A program made the position numbers and the translations under genes. Shown one piece after another: positions 35,359 through 43,708 of a stretch of 64,000 nucleotides of DNA; position 1 is the stretch's first letter, and each line of letters starts with the position of its first letter. This stretch comes from Deltaproteobacteria bacterium (lineage in GTDB: Bacteria; Desulfobacterota; Desulfobulbia; Desulfobulbales; Desulfurivibrionaceae): NCBI GenBank assembly GCA_026388735.1, contig JAPLJG010000009.1:362-64361 (forward strand). The letters run 5' to 3'. Under the pieces are notes generated by a model. The model was not told the DNA's origin, searched no databases, and worked only from the letters and a program-made list of their open reading frames with translations.

Positions 35359-38196
35359 TTACACCGCATCAAGCAGGGTCTTAAGCATCTCGTCCGACAT
35401 GGTGATGAGACGGGCGGCGGCGGTGTAGGCGTGCTGGTATTTGATCAGATTCGCCATCTCTTCATCCAGGGAAACGCCGGAGACCGAATCGCGCATTTCG
35501 CTCACCTGTTTGTTGACCAGCACCGTGGAATCGTAGGATTGGCTGACGGTGCGTGAGGTGTTGGCAACCTGGCCGACCAGGGTATTGTAAAAGCCATCTA
35601 AAGTATTCTGGGTACCGCCGGTGAAGGTAACATACTCATCGTGCTGGGCGTTCGTGATCTTGAGGGAGTTGGTGTTGTCTCCGCTATATATTTCCCCCAG
35701 TGAGTTAACGGTGGCTGCTGCCAGATTGTTGAGGTTACTCGTAATCATACTGTTCAGACCGATACTTGCCGCGCTGTTGCCGGAGAAAAAGGTGTTGAGT
35801 CCGGCAACCTGGAGAAAGTTTGAGGTGTCGTTGGCAAAGGCGAACTGGTGGGTGGCGTCCGGGGTGAGACGCAGGCTGTTGTCGGAGTTTGAGGCCGTTA
35901 CCCAGCCGCTGCTGTTGGTGGCCGCGGCAACCGTTTTATTGATGATGTTGGTGACGTCATTCAGGCTGTAAGCCCGGTCCAGGGAAATGGTGACGGGCTT
36001 GGGCATGGCCAGTGTGCCGTCGTCCTTGTTGTAGATCCAGATATCGAAACTGCCTTTGTCCGTGCTCAGTTGGTTAAAGTATTTATATCCGGAGAGCAAG
36101 GGACCTTCGGGGCCATCTTCATAGGTGAAGGTGAATTTTCCATCGTTGGCAACCGTGTCGCCAGCTACCTTGCCTACCTGAGCGGTGAAATTTCCGAAGC
36201 CGAAGATGGCACCGTTGCCCATCGTGGTGGTGAAGCTGTCCACCACGATGGGGGTGTTGTCGCCGGACGCGTTGTTCTCAAAATGGATTTTGCCGTTGAC
36301 GAGGCTCACCGTGATGGCCGGAGGTGGGGCTGGAGCGGCATTGATTCCTGCTTGGACCGCAGCCACTAGTTGGGTGGCTGACTGGTTGGCAAGAGCATTC
36401 ACCGTAATCGGTTTTCCGTTGAGATTGAAAGTGATGGTAGTGAGCGGGTTGGTGGAAGTGTTATCCACGGTGCCGCCATCATAAAAGGTGGTGGCCTGAT
36501 TGCCGCCGCCCATGCCGAGTTGTGCTAGGGTATAGTCATTGGGGCCGGCATCAACAGTGATGGTACTGGTGGAAAATAGAGTGATCTCTCCGGTGTTGTG
36601 GCTGGCATCGGCGTTGTAGGTGCCTGCGGTGAGACCGGTGGATGCTGCAAGGCCGGCCACGGAGGAGGTCAGGTTGTCAATAACGATATTTGACTCATCG
36701 CCGGGGTTGGTATTTTTCAGAACAATGGAGTTCGCCGCTCCGCCATTGGTTCCATCCCCGACTACGGCTTCGATGGTGATGGGATTGGCGGTGGTGGGCA
36801 ACGCATTATAGGTGTTCAGGGCGCTGGTGATGGCGCCGACCAGATGGCCGGCAAAGGTGGCAACATTTCCTGCCCCCACATCGCCAGCCACTACAGGGTA
36901 GCTGACCGTGACGCCGTTGATATCAAAGGAGATGGTCTTACCGATATTGGCAACACCGGGATCTGTCACTGCTGTGCCTGCCGTCAGTGTTGTCAATCGT
37001 GCTTCGACCCCGGCCTCCGCTGCGTTGATGGCGGTCACGGCATTGGCTGCCTTGGTCATGGCCAGACCCTTTACCGCTACGCCGCCAATAATCTCGCCGA
37101 CAGGCCGGTCATTGATGGTGATGGTGCCCGCCGGGATGGCCATGTTCGCAGTGGAAGCGTCTACAGGAGTTGTCAATCGCGCCACATTTTCTACCTGTTC
37201 CGAACCGGTCAGAGAATCGCCGAACACGGTTAGGCCAACCCCCTGGGAATGTTGTTGGTTGATCTCGCGGATCAGGGAGTTGGCAAATGCGTCCAGGCGG
37301 CCAAGGAAATTGTTTGGGTCGCCTTCGGCCAGATTACCGCGGACCTCGAGCCAGCCTCCGATTTTGCCGCCTAGTTCCGCTCCAGCACCAATGGGTTGGC
37401 TGGTTTCGGCGCCTTTGTTGTCTTTGCTTATCCAAAGGAGTTTGTTGTTTGCCCAGTCCACCTTTGAGGTTTGATTGCCGTCCACCAGGGTGTGGCCGTC
37501 GGCCATGAGAACAGTGTATCCGCCGTTTTTATCCTCGAAATAGGTGACGTCAAGCAGGCTGGAAAGATTCTGGACTAGGGTGTCTCTTTTGTCGCGTAAG
37601 TCGTTGGCTTGGCCTGCCGAAGATTCCGCCCCGGAAATCTGTACGTTGAGATCGGCGATCTGGCTGGTGATGGAGTTGACGTCGCCGACAGCCGTGTCAA
37701 GACTGGTGCTGATATCGAATTTGGCCTGGACCATTTGACTGGCCATGGAATGCAGCTGATCAACGATCAGCTGGGAGGACTGGATCACAGCCTGTCTGGT
37801 CGCAGGTACGTCTGGGTTGTCGGCCAAGCCTTGCCAACTGCCCCAGAATTTGCTCATCAGGTCGTTGATGGCAAGGCCCGGCGCTTCATTGAATACGGTT
37901 TCCACCAGTTTCATGGAGTCCTGCTGCGCCTGGAGGCTGCCCAGGCTTGATTCCTGGTTGGCAAGGCGTTGCACCATGAACTGGTCGTAGTTCCTCAGGA
38001 TTTTTGTGCCCGTCACGCCGCCGCCCAGCATGCCGGCGCTGATGGGGGTCGCATTGTTGGCTTCCAGTTGCAGCGATTGTCTGGTGTAGCCGGGGGTGTC
38101 AACGTTGGCGATATTGTTCGATGCCACCTGGATCGAAAGCTGGTGGGTGAGGAGCGCCTCCTTGGCGATGCTCAGTACATGGGAGATGCCGGCCAT
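35359..38196 (-). CDS. flgK: flagellar hook-associated protein 1 FlgK, expanded (945 aa)
   Basis: N-terminus LSIAKEALLTHQLSIQVASNNIANVDTPGYTRQ and C-terminus GVSLDEEMANLIKYQHAYTAAARLIT are FlgK hallmarks. The central insert contains the same module as FlgL. Confidence 0.9.
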   Translation of the reverse strand: MAGISHVLSIAKEALLTHQLSIQVASNNIANVDTPGYTRQSLQLEANNATPISAGMLGGGVTGTKILRNYDQFMVQRLANQESSLGSLQAQQDSMKLVETVFNEAPGLAINDLMSKFWGSWQGLADNPDVPATRQAVIQSSQLIVDQLHSMASQMVQAKFDISTSLDTAVGDVNSITSQIADLNVQISGAESSAGQANDLRDKRDTLVQNLSSLLDVTYFEDKNGGYTVLMADGHTLVDGNQTSKVDWANNKLLWISKDNKGAETSQPIGAGAELGGKIGGWLEVRGNLAEGDPNNFLGRLDAFANSLIREINQQHSQGVGLTVFGDSLTGSEQVENVARLTTPVDASTANMAIPAGTITINDRPVGEIIGGVAVKGLAMTKAANAVTAINAAEAGVEARLTTLTAGTAVTDPGVANIGKTISFDINGVTVSYPVVAGDVGAGNVATFAGHLVGAITSALNTYNALPTTANPITIEAVVGDGTNGGAANSIVLKNTNPGDESNIVIDNLTSSVAGLAASTGLTAGTYNADASHNTGEITLFSTSTITVDAGPNDYTLAQLGMGGGNQATTFYDGGTVDNTSTNPLTTITFNLNGKPITVNALANQSATQLVAAVQAGINAAPAPPPAITVSLVNGKIHFENNASGDNTPIVVDSFTTTMGNGAIFGFGNFTAQVGKVAGDTVANDGKFTFTYEDGPEGPLLSGYKYFNQLSTDKGSFDIWIYNKDDGTLAMPKPVTISLDRAYSLNDVTNIINKTVAAATNSSGWVTASNSDNSLRLTPDATHQFAFANDTSNFLQVAGLNTFFSGNSAASIGLNSMITSNLNNLAAATVNSLGEIYSGDNTNSLKITNAQHDEYVTFTGGTQNTLDGFYNTLVGQVANTSRTVSQSYDSTVLVNKQVSEMRDSVSGVSLDEEMANLIKYQHAYTAAARLITMSDEMLKTLLDAV

Positions 38197-38199
38197 GGC

Positions 38200-38719
38200 C
38201 TAGACCTCCCTGCTGATCAAGGAAGGTTGGTTCAAGGAAGACTTCCTGCTGAGGCCGGTGAGGCCGTACATGGGTCGGTCCGCTATCCCGCTGGTGATGA
38301 GCAATATGGCGTCGTTCAGATATGTTTTTACATCCTCGGCAAAATGCCTGTTGATCTGGTTGCGGCTGAGGATGTCTTCCCGCAGCCCTGCCAGCTTTTT
38401 CCGATTGGCCGAGTTTGTTCCCTTCTTCCGGGTTGAGCAGGGGAATGAGGGCGGCAAGTCTTGCCGGTTTGCCGGTTGCTTCCGGGTTGAACTCTGCGGC
38501 CAGGTTGGCGAGCAGGGAGTCCAGGACCTGGATGCGGCTCAGCCTGTTTTCTTTCTTGCCGCTCAAGCGGATGAGGGCCTGCATGTCCATGGCCACCAGG
38601 GCTTTTTGTTCTTCGCTCAAGATGGCGAGCATGTCCTGGGAAAGAAGGATTTCTTGGTCCAGAGCCTCGAAGAATTTGGCGGGCAGGGAGCGGTGCCCTG
38701 TGGTCTTTGAGTGTTGCAT
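38200..38719 (-). pseudogene. flgN: flgN (flagellar export chaperone) interrupted by a 1-nt frameshift
   Basis: The N-terminal ~100 aa (FFEALDQEILLSQDMLAILSEEQKALVAMDMQAL...) are in the frame starting at 38719. The plausible C-terminus (NRKKLAGLREDILSRNQINRHFAEDVKTYLNDAI...) is in the +1 frame and ends with TAG at 38200-38202, 3 nt before the flgK ATG. The switch lies around 38385-38425, which includes a T5/A5 run at 38396-38400. Confidence 0.6.
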
Positions 38720-38722
38720 GGC

Positions 38723-39043
38723 CTATTTCTCCTTGCTCGTTGAACTCGGTGGGACATGGGCTTGGGACAGCTGCCGGTAGAGCATTTCGCCAAAGCCGAG
38801 ACCTTTGCTGCCCGCCATTTTCTGGGCTATCTGGTCGTCGTGGATGGACTGGAACATTTCCTCGCCATAGCCGCCATCAATCAGGCCGCCTTTGGGAACG
38901 CTCTGGTGGGCCAGGGTTAGAATCTGCTTGAGCATCAGAGCCTCAAATCCGGCACAGGCCTCGCGGAGTTTCCCCTTCTTGACCGTATCGGTCGAATTGG
39001 TGTTTCCCTTGAGTCCGGTTGTTGCTTCGCTGATAATATCCAT
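38723..39043 (-). CDS. flgJ: rod-binding protein (single-domain FlgJ, no muramidase domain)
   Basis: 106 aa. LREACAGFEALMLKQIL...MFQSIHDDQIAQKMAGSKGLGFGEMLYRQL matches the Rod_binding family. Confidence 0.8.
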   Translation of the reverse strand: MDIISEATTGLKGNTNSTDTVKKGKLREACAGFEALMLKQILTLAHQSVPKGGLIDGGYGEEMFQSIHDDQIAQKMAGSKGLGFGEMLYRQLSQAHVPPSSTSKEK

Positions 39044-39120
39044 GGCCGTTTCCTAATCCCGATAAACGGGGTAAGTGCGTTAACGAAATTATTTCCTGCC
39101 AGAAAATAATTTCTGACTTG

Positions 39121-40236
39121 CTAAATTATCTCCAAATCCGCCTGTAGGGCGCCTGCGGCCTTGATGGCCTGGAAGATGGCGATGAGTTCGCGGGGGGCGA
39201 CTCCCACCGAGTTCAAGGCCCGCACCACCTCGCCTAAGGTCACGCCCGGTTGCAGGGTTACCACCTTCTGGCCGACCTTGACCGTGTCAACCGGAGCATT
39301 GGCCGCAGAAGAGCCGGGCTGGGGCGGAGGCTTGACCTGTAGGCTCAGGTTGCCGTGGGAAAGGGCAAACTGGTTGAGGGTGACATTGTCGCCCATGACC
39401 ACCGTGCCGGTTCGTTCGTTCAGCACTACTCTGGCCTTATGCTCCGGGTTGATCTCGATATTTTCCAGGGCCGCCAGCAGGGCAACTTCCTGGGCCTTGT
39501 ATTTTGCCGGGACGGCGACATCCACCGAGGCGGCGTCCTTGGCCGTGGCATATTTGCCGCCCAGATAGGTGTCAATGGCGGTTTTCATCAGGGAGATGGT
39601 GGTGAAATCCGGCGAGGCCAGGCTGATGGTGATGCTCTCCTTGTTGGCAAAGCTCATTGGCACTTCCCGCTCCACCGAGGCGCCGTTGGTAATCCGGGCC
39701 ACGGTCAGGTGATTTGCCTGCTTGGCCGGGCCGCGGGCTGTGGGATCGCCGCCGGTACTGATCGCTCCCTGGGCCATGGCATAGACGTTGTTATCCAGAC
39801 CTTTGAGCGGGGTGACCAGCAGGGTGCCGCCCTGTAAGGAAGTGGCGTCGCCCACTGAAGAAAGGGTCACGTCGATGGTTTGTCCCGCCTTGAAAAATGG
39901 CGGCAGGGTGGCGGTTACCATGACACTGGCGATATTCTTCACCTTGGTGGCGTCCGGGTCCACCTTGACCCCGAGATTGTTGAGCATATTGGTGAGGCCC
40001 TGGCCGGTAAAGGCGGCCTTGTTGCCGTCGCCCGTGCCGTTGAGGCCGACTACAATGCCGTAGCCCACCAGTTGGTTGTTGCGTACGCCTTTCACCGTGG
40101 CCAGGTCTTTGAGGCGGACGGCATGGGCAAGTCCGACGTTTGCGAGAAGTCCGAGCAGCAGCGCACCGACAAAGAGCAGAGTGGTGGGTCGGATGGTCTG
40201 CTCAGGGTTGTTTTTGGCTACAGTTGTTGTTTGCAT
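39121..40236 (-). CDS. flgI: flagellar P-ring protein FlgI
   Basis: VRLKDLATVKGVRNNQLVGYGIVVGLNGTGD is the FlgI signature. The start is set at MQTTTVAK because the track's 40-aa extension contains a consensus sigma-54 promoter. Confidence 0.93.
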   Translation of the reverse strand: MQTTTVAKNNPEQTIRPTTLLFVGALLLGLLANVGLAHAVRLKDLATVKGVRNNQLVGYGIVVGLNGTGDGNKAAFTGQGLTNMLNNLGVKVDPDATKVKNIASVMVTATLPPFFKAGQTIDVTLSSVGDATSLQGGTLLVTPLKGLDNNVYAMAQGAISTGGDPTARGPAKQANHLTVARITNGASVEREVPMSFANKESITISLASPDFTTISLMKTAIDTYLGGKYATAKDAASVDVAVPAKYKAQEVALLAALENIEINPEHKARVVLNERTGTVVMGDNVTLNQFALSHGNLSLQVKPPPQPGSSAANAPVDTVKVGQKVVTLQPGVTLGEVVRALNSVGVAPRELIAIFQAIKAAGALQADLEII

Positions 40237-40284
40237 GGAGCTGTCCTCGGCGCCTCTTCTCCGGAGCCTGTATCTTGATATCTT

Positions 40285-40300
40285 AGCAAGCAGTGTGCCA
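40285..40300 (-). promoter_or_regulatory. sigma-54 promoter upstream of flgI
   Basis: The minus strand reads TGGCAC-ACTGC-TTGCT, an exact match to TGGCAC-N5-TTGC. It lies about 50 nt upstream of the flgI ATG at 40236. Confidence 0.65.
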
Positions 40301-40411
40301 CGGGAGAGGCAAGTGTTGTAATGTGCCATTTTTAAAGGGAATATTCTTTTTTTCATGAACTCACCTCGGGAGAGAAAGGAATATTTTTCCTAGCACTGCT
40401 CACTGTCATCC

Positions 40412-41113
40412 TTAAAACGGCCAAACGCTGTCCAGAGCCCTGGCAAACCAGCCCGGCCGCTGTTTGTCGCCGAGTGCCCCCTGGCCACTGTATTCGATCC
40501 GGGCGTCGGCAACATGGGTCGAGAGGACCGAGTTGTCCTGGGCCACATCCTGCGGGCGGATGATGCCGGAAAGAATGATGTGCTGGGTTTCGTCGTTGAC
40601 CTTCACCTCTTGGTAGCCGCGGATGTTCAGGTTGCCGTCGGTGGTGATGTCGATGACTCTGGCGGAGATGGTGGCGGTCACGTTGCTTTTTCGGTCGGTC
40701 TTGGCCTTGCCCTCGAAATCGTTGGTCAGGCTGGCATTCAGCTCGGTGAGCGAAGGGGTAAAGCGATGGTTGTTGTCCGCCAGCCAGGTCTCAAAGCCGA
40801 AGAGGGCGCCAATGCCACCGGTTGCGGTGGAAGTCCTCTGGGTTTTGGTGTTGGCTTCCTTGTTGGCCTTGGAGGTTTCCACGATGCGGACCAGGACGAT
40901 ATCGCCGACCCTTTTTGCCCGGCTGTCGGCGTAGAGGTCAAGACCGCTGGTGCTGGCGGCATAAATCGTCCCCTCCGCCTGGGCTTGCGCGGCCTTGGGC
41001 GGGGCGGGAAGGGTGTAACGCTCCGGCAGGGCCGACTGGCTGCCTGTGCCGGCGCAGCCGGAAAGTCCGGCGAGCAGCAGGATGACGGTGGTGGCGTGAA
41101 GTATCGTGCGCAT
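40412..41113 (-). CDS. flgH: flagellar L-ring lipoprotein FlgH
   Basis: 233 aa with the lipobox LLAGLSGC. VGDIVLVRIVE...ITTDGNLNIRGYQEVKVNDE is typical of FlgH. Confidence 0.95.
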   Translation of the reverse strand: MRTILHATTVILLLAGLSGCAGTGSQSALPERYTLPAPPKAAQAQAEGTIYAASTSGLDLYADSRAKRVGDIVLVRIVETSKANKEANTKTQRTSTATGGIGALFGFETWLADNNHRFTPSLTELNASLTNDFEGKAKTDRKSNVTATISARVIDITTDGNLNIRGYQEVKVNDETQHIILSGIIRPQDVAQDNSVLSTHVADARIEYSGQGALGDKQRPGWFARALDSVWPF

Positions 41114-41146
41114 AATCTTCTCCTTTGCTGGATGAAGTATATTTCC

Positions 41147-41875
41147 TTAGAATTCGGTTTCCACGACGCCGGGGCTCAGAACCCGGGCCTGGATTTCGCG
41201 GCGGCTGGTGAGGTTTTTGACCCGGATCATCTCGCCGAGCGCCCCGGAATTTCTGGCCTCGCCGGGTGCGGTTATCTGGATTGCCTGCGATTTCGCCATG
41301 ATGGTCACCCGCTCGCCCCGGTTTACCAGGGGAGGGGCGTCAATGGACTGGGCATAGAGGATGGCCCCGGCCGGCAGTGAGACTTTGAGCTTTTGCCCGA
41401 TCGCCTGTTTGGGGTCTTGGATGAGTCCGGCATCCAGCATGGAGATGTCCTGCCGCCTTTGAGTGACGTCCTCGTTGCCGATGATCTCGTTGCGGTTCAA
41501 CCGTTTTGTCGCGTTGACCACCATGCCGAAAAGCCTCAGGTCGCCGCTCATATTCACCTGGCCCTGCTCCTTCCCATCTTTCAGGATGGCGGCGCTGACA
41601 TTTTTCTTGCCGGGGCGGGAGTCATTCGGTTTTTGGATGATCCGGTAGTCAAAACCGCCCACTGGCAGGGACATGGCCAGGGGGCGGACGCTGAAATTGG
41701 TGATCTTGAGATCCTCCTTGGGCCAGGGGGAATTCTGGAGCACAACCTCGCTGAAGATGTTTTCCAACGCGGCAAGGTCCGGGGGTGCAATCTTTTCCGC
41801 CGTTTGTCCGGGAGAAGGACAGGCAAGACAGCACAGCACAGCAACCATGAACAGGCGCGACAGTCGCAGTAGCAT
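41147..41875 (-). CDS. flgA: flagellar basal-body P-ring formation chaperone FlgA
   Basis: 242 aa with a signal peptide and a SAF-like C-terminal region (VNRGERVTIMAKSQAIQITAPGEARNSGALGEMIRVKN). Confidence 0.85.
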   Translation of the reverse strand: MLLRLSRLFMVAVLCCLACPSPGQTAEKIAPPDLAALENIFSEVVLQNSPWPKEDLKITNFSVRPLAMSLPVGGFDYRIIQKPNDSRPGKKNVSAAILKDGKEQGQVNMSGDLRLFGMVVNATKRLNRNEIIGNEDVTQRRQDISMLDAGLIQDPKQAIGQKLKVSLPAGAILYAQSIDAPPLVNRGERVTIMAKSQAIQITAPGEARNSGALGEMIRVKNLTSRREIQARVLSPGVVETEF

Positions 41876-41889
41876 CTCAGATATTCCTT

Positions 41890-42672
41890 TTAGCGGACCA
41901 GGGTGTTCGCTATTTCCAGCAGTTTGTCTGCGGTGGTGACTGTCTTGGAGTTTACCTCGTAGGCCCGCTGGGTGATGATCATGTTGACCAGTTCCTCGGT
42001 GACATCCACGTTGGAGACCTCGATGAAACGCTGCTGGATGGTGCCGAGGCCATCCTTGCCTGGGTTGGCCTCGGTTGGAGCGCCGGAGGCAAGGGCTTCT
42101 TGGAAAAGATTGGCTCCGTAACTGCGCAGGCCGCCGGGATTGATGAAGCTGTGCAGGGTGAGCTGGACTGTGGCAAGAGTCTGCTGCTGGGCATCCGTGG
42201 CGGTGAGCAGCCCATTGTTATCGATGGCGATCTTGGTTGTCCCCTGAGGCACGGTAAATTCGGGCTGCAATCTGTCGCCGTTCTGGGTGACCACATTGCC
42301 GTTGGCGTCAAGACTGAAAGAGCCGGCCCGGGTAAAGTAATCTTGGCCGTCGCGGAGCACCTTGAAAAAGCCAGCCCCCTCAATGGCAAAATCCAGGTCG
42401 TTGCCCGTTTCGGTGAGGCTGCCCTGGGTGAAGATTTTTTGCACCGAGGTGGGGCGGACACCGAGGCCGACCTGGATACCGGCAGGTACCCGGCCGCCAT
42501 CGGCGGTTTCGGTGCCCATGGCCCGGAGTTCCTGGTAGTAGAGATCCTCGAACTGGGCCCGGCTTTTTTTGAAGCCGGCGGTGTTGACGTTGGCCAAGTT
42601 GTTGGCGATGGTGTCCAGCTGCAACTGCTGGCCGGTCATGCCGGTGCGTCCCGAGAATAATGCGCGGATCAT
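41890..42672 (-). CDS. flgG: flagellar basal-body distal rod protein FlgG
   Basis: 260 aa. N-terminus LDTIANNLANVNTAGFKK and C-terminus IQQRFIEVSNVDVTEELVNMIITQRAYE are rod-protein signatures. Confidence 0.95.
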   Translation of the reverse strand: MIRALFSGRTGMTGQQLQLDTIANNLANVNTAGFKKSRAQFEDLYYQELRAMGTETADGGRVPAGIQVGLGVRPTSVQKIFTQGSLTETGNDLDFAIEGAGFFKVLRDGQDYFTRAGSFSLDANGNVVTQNGDRLQPEFTVPQGTTKIAIDNNGLLTATDAQQQTLATVQLTLHSFINPGGLRSYGANLFQEALASGAPTEANPGKDGLGTIQQRFIEVSNVDVTEELVNMIITQRAYEVNSKTVTTADKLLEIANTLVR

Positions 42673-42748
42673 GCTGGTCCCCTTGTGTTGATGTTTAGGA
42701 GCCGTTCCGACTCCTTGCGCCGCAATTTTTTGTTACGACGGCTAGCGG

Positions 42749-43474
42749 TTATCCGTTCAGGCTGCCGACCTTGCTCACGGCAAGGGTGTCCAGGGAGTCT
42801 ACGGCTTGGATCATTTTTTGTTGCCCTTCATAGGCGCGGTACAGATCGATCATTTCCGTCATTTCTGTGACGGTGTTGACGTTTGATTTTTCCAGATGTC
42901 CTTGCATGAGCTGAGAATTAGGGGAGGCTTCTTCCGCGGCCCCATCTACAAGGCGGAAAAGGTTTTCGCCTTCTTTTTTCAGGGCTTTCGGGTCAGCGGT
43001 GACCACGGTCAGGCGGTTGACCTGGACGCCATCGACATAGAGGCGACCATCGCTGGCCACATCGACCTTGGCGCCGGTGATGGTGACGGGTCCGGCTTCG
43101 CCGAGTACGGGGTAGCCATTGGCTGTGACCAACAGACCTTCGTTGTTGCGCTGGAAGTTGCCCGCTCTGGTATAGCGGACGCCCGCCGGTGTTTCGACTT
43201 TGAAAAAACCATCTCCGGAAATGGCCAGATCAAAGGGGGCGTCAGTTTTTTGAACAACACCCTGCTGGTGGATTGTGTCGATACGCAGTCCTTTGCCGAC
43301 CCTCTGGCGGGAGCGGTTGGCCTGATAGAGCATCTCGTCGAAGGTGACGGTTTCCTTCTTGAACCCCGGCGTATCTACATTCGCCAGGTTGTTTGATACC
43401 TGATTGAGCCGTTGTTCCTGGTTGATCAGAGTTTCAACGCTTTCTATTAGTCCGAGCCTGTTGTTGATGAACAT
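42749..43474 (-). CDS. flgF: flagellar basal-body rod protein FlgF
   Basis: 241 aa. It contains VSNNLANVDTPGFKK and GHLEKSNVNTVTEMTEMIDLYRAYE, and it sits upstream of flgG. Confidence 0.9.
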   Translation of the reverse strand: MFINNRLGLIESVETLINQEQRLNQVSNNLANVDTPGFKKETVTFDEMLYQANRSRQRVGKGLRIDTIHQQGVVQKTDAPFDLAISGDGFFKVETPAGVRYTRAGNFQRNNEGLLVTANGYPVLGEAGPVTITGAKVDVASDGRLYVDGVQVNRLTVVTADPKALKKEGENLFRLVDGAAEEASPNSQLMQGHLEKSNVNTVTEMTEMIDLYRAYEGQQKMIQAVDSLDTLAVSKVGSLNG

Positions 43475-43506
43475 GGCATACCTCTCATGTGTTTGTGCTT
43501 TGTTGT

Positions 43507-43522
43507 TGCAAGAGGCGTGCCG
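43507..43522 (-). promoter_or_regulatory. sigma-54 promoter upstream of flgF
   Basis: The minus strand reads CGGCAC-GCCTC-TTGCA, with GG/GC spacing exactly as in TGGCAC-N5-TTGC. It lies about 35 nt upstream of the flgF ATG, and a GAGAGG Shine-Dalgarno sequence lies between them. Confidence 0.55.
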
Positions 43523-43708
43523 GGATTGTTTTGAGGTGGAGGCGGAGGCGATGGTGCTGTGGTAAAGCTAATAAATACAGGAGGATGTGTGTCTTGTTGC
43601 AAGCTGGTTTGGCGGGGAGGCGGGCGTCAAAAAAATGGATGCGTTCGCGGGATGGCCGGTATATTTTTCCTAGCGGTGATGGGCGGGGTGAAAATGGGAT
43701 TTTGGTTG

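Noticed and set aside
39090-39107. TGGCAG-containing sequence as a sigma-54 promoter for the rod-binding gene
   Set aside because: The -12 position reads TT, not GC (TGGCAGGAAATAATTT). I interpret it instead as part of an AT-rich palindrome.
40322-40327. Second TGGCAC hexamer upstream of flgI
   Set aside because: The nearest downstream TTGC is 10 nt away instead of 5, so the -24/-12 spacing is wrong.
40237-40356. 40-aa N-terminal extension of flgI in the ORF track
   Set aside because: The extension is not FlgI-like, and the signal peptide begins after the internal Met. It also contains a perfect sigma-54 promoter. Similar upstream extensions were trimmed for the APC permease, yfiR, polA, sfsA, queC, the disulfide oxidoreductase, gmd and the DUF2892 gene.
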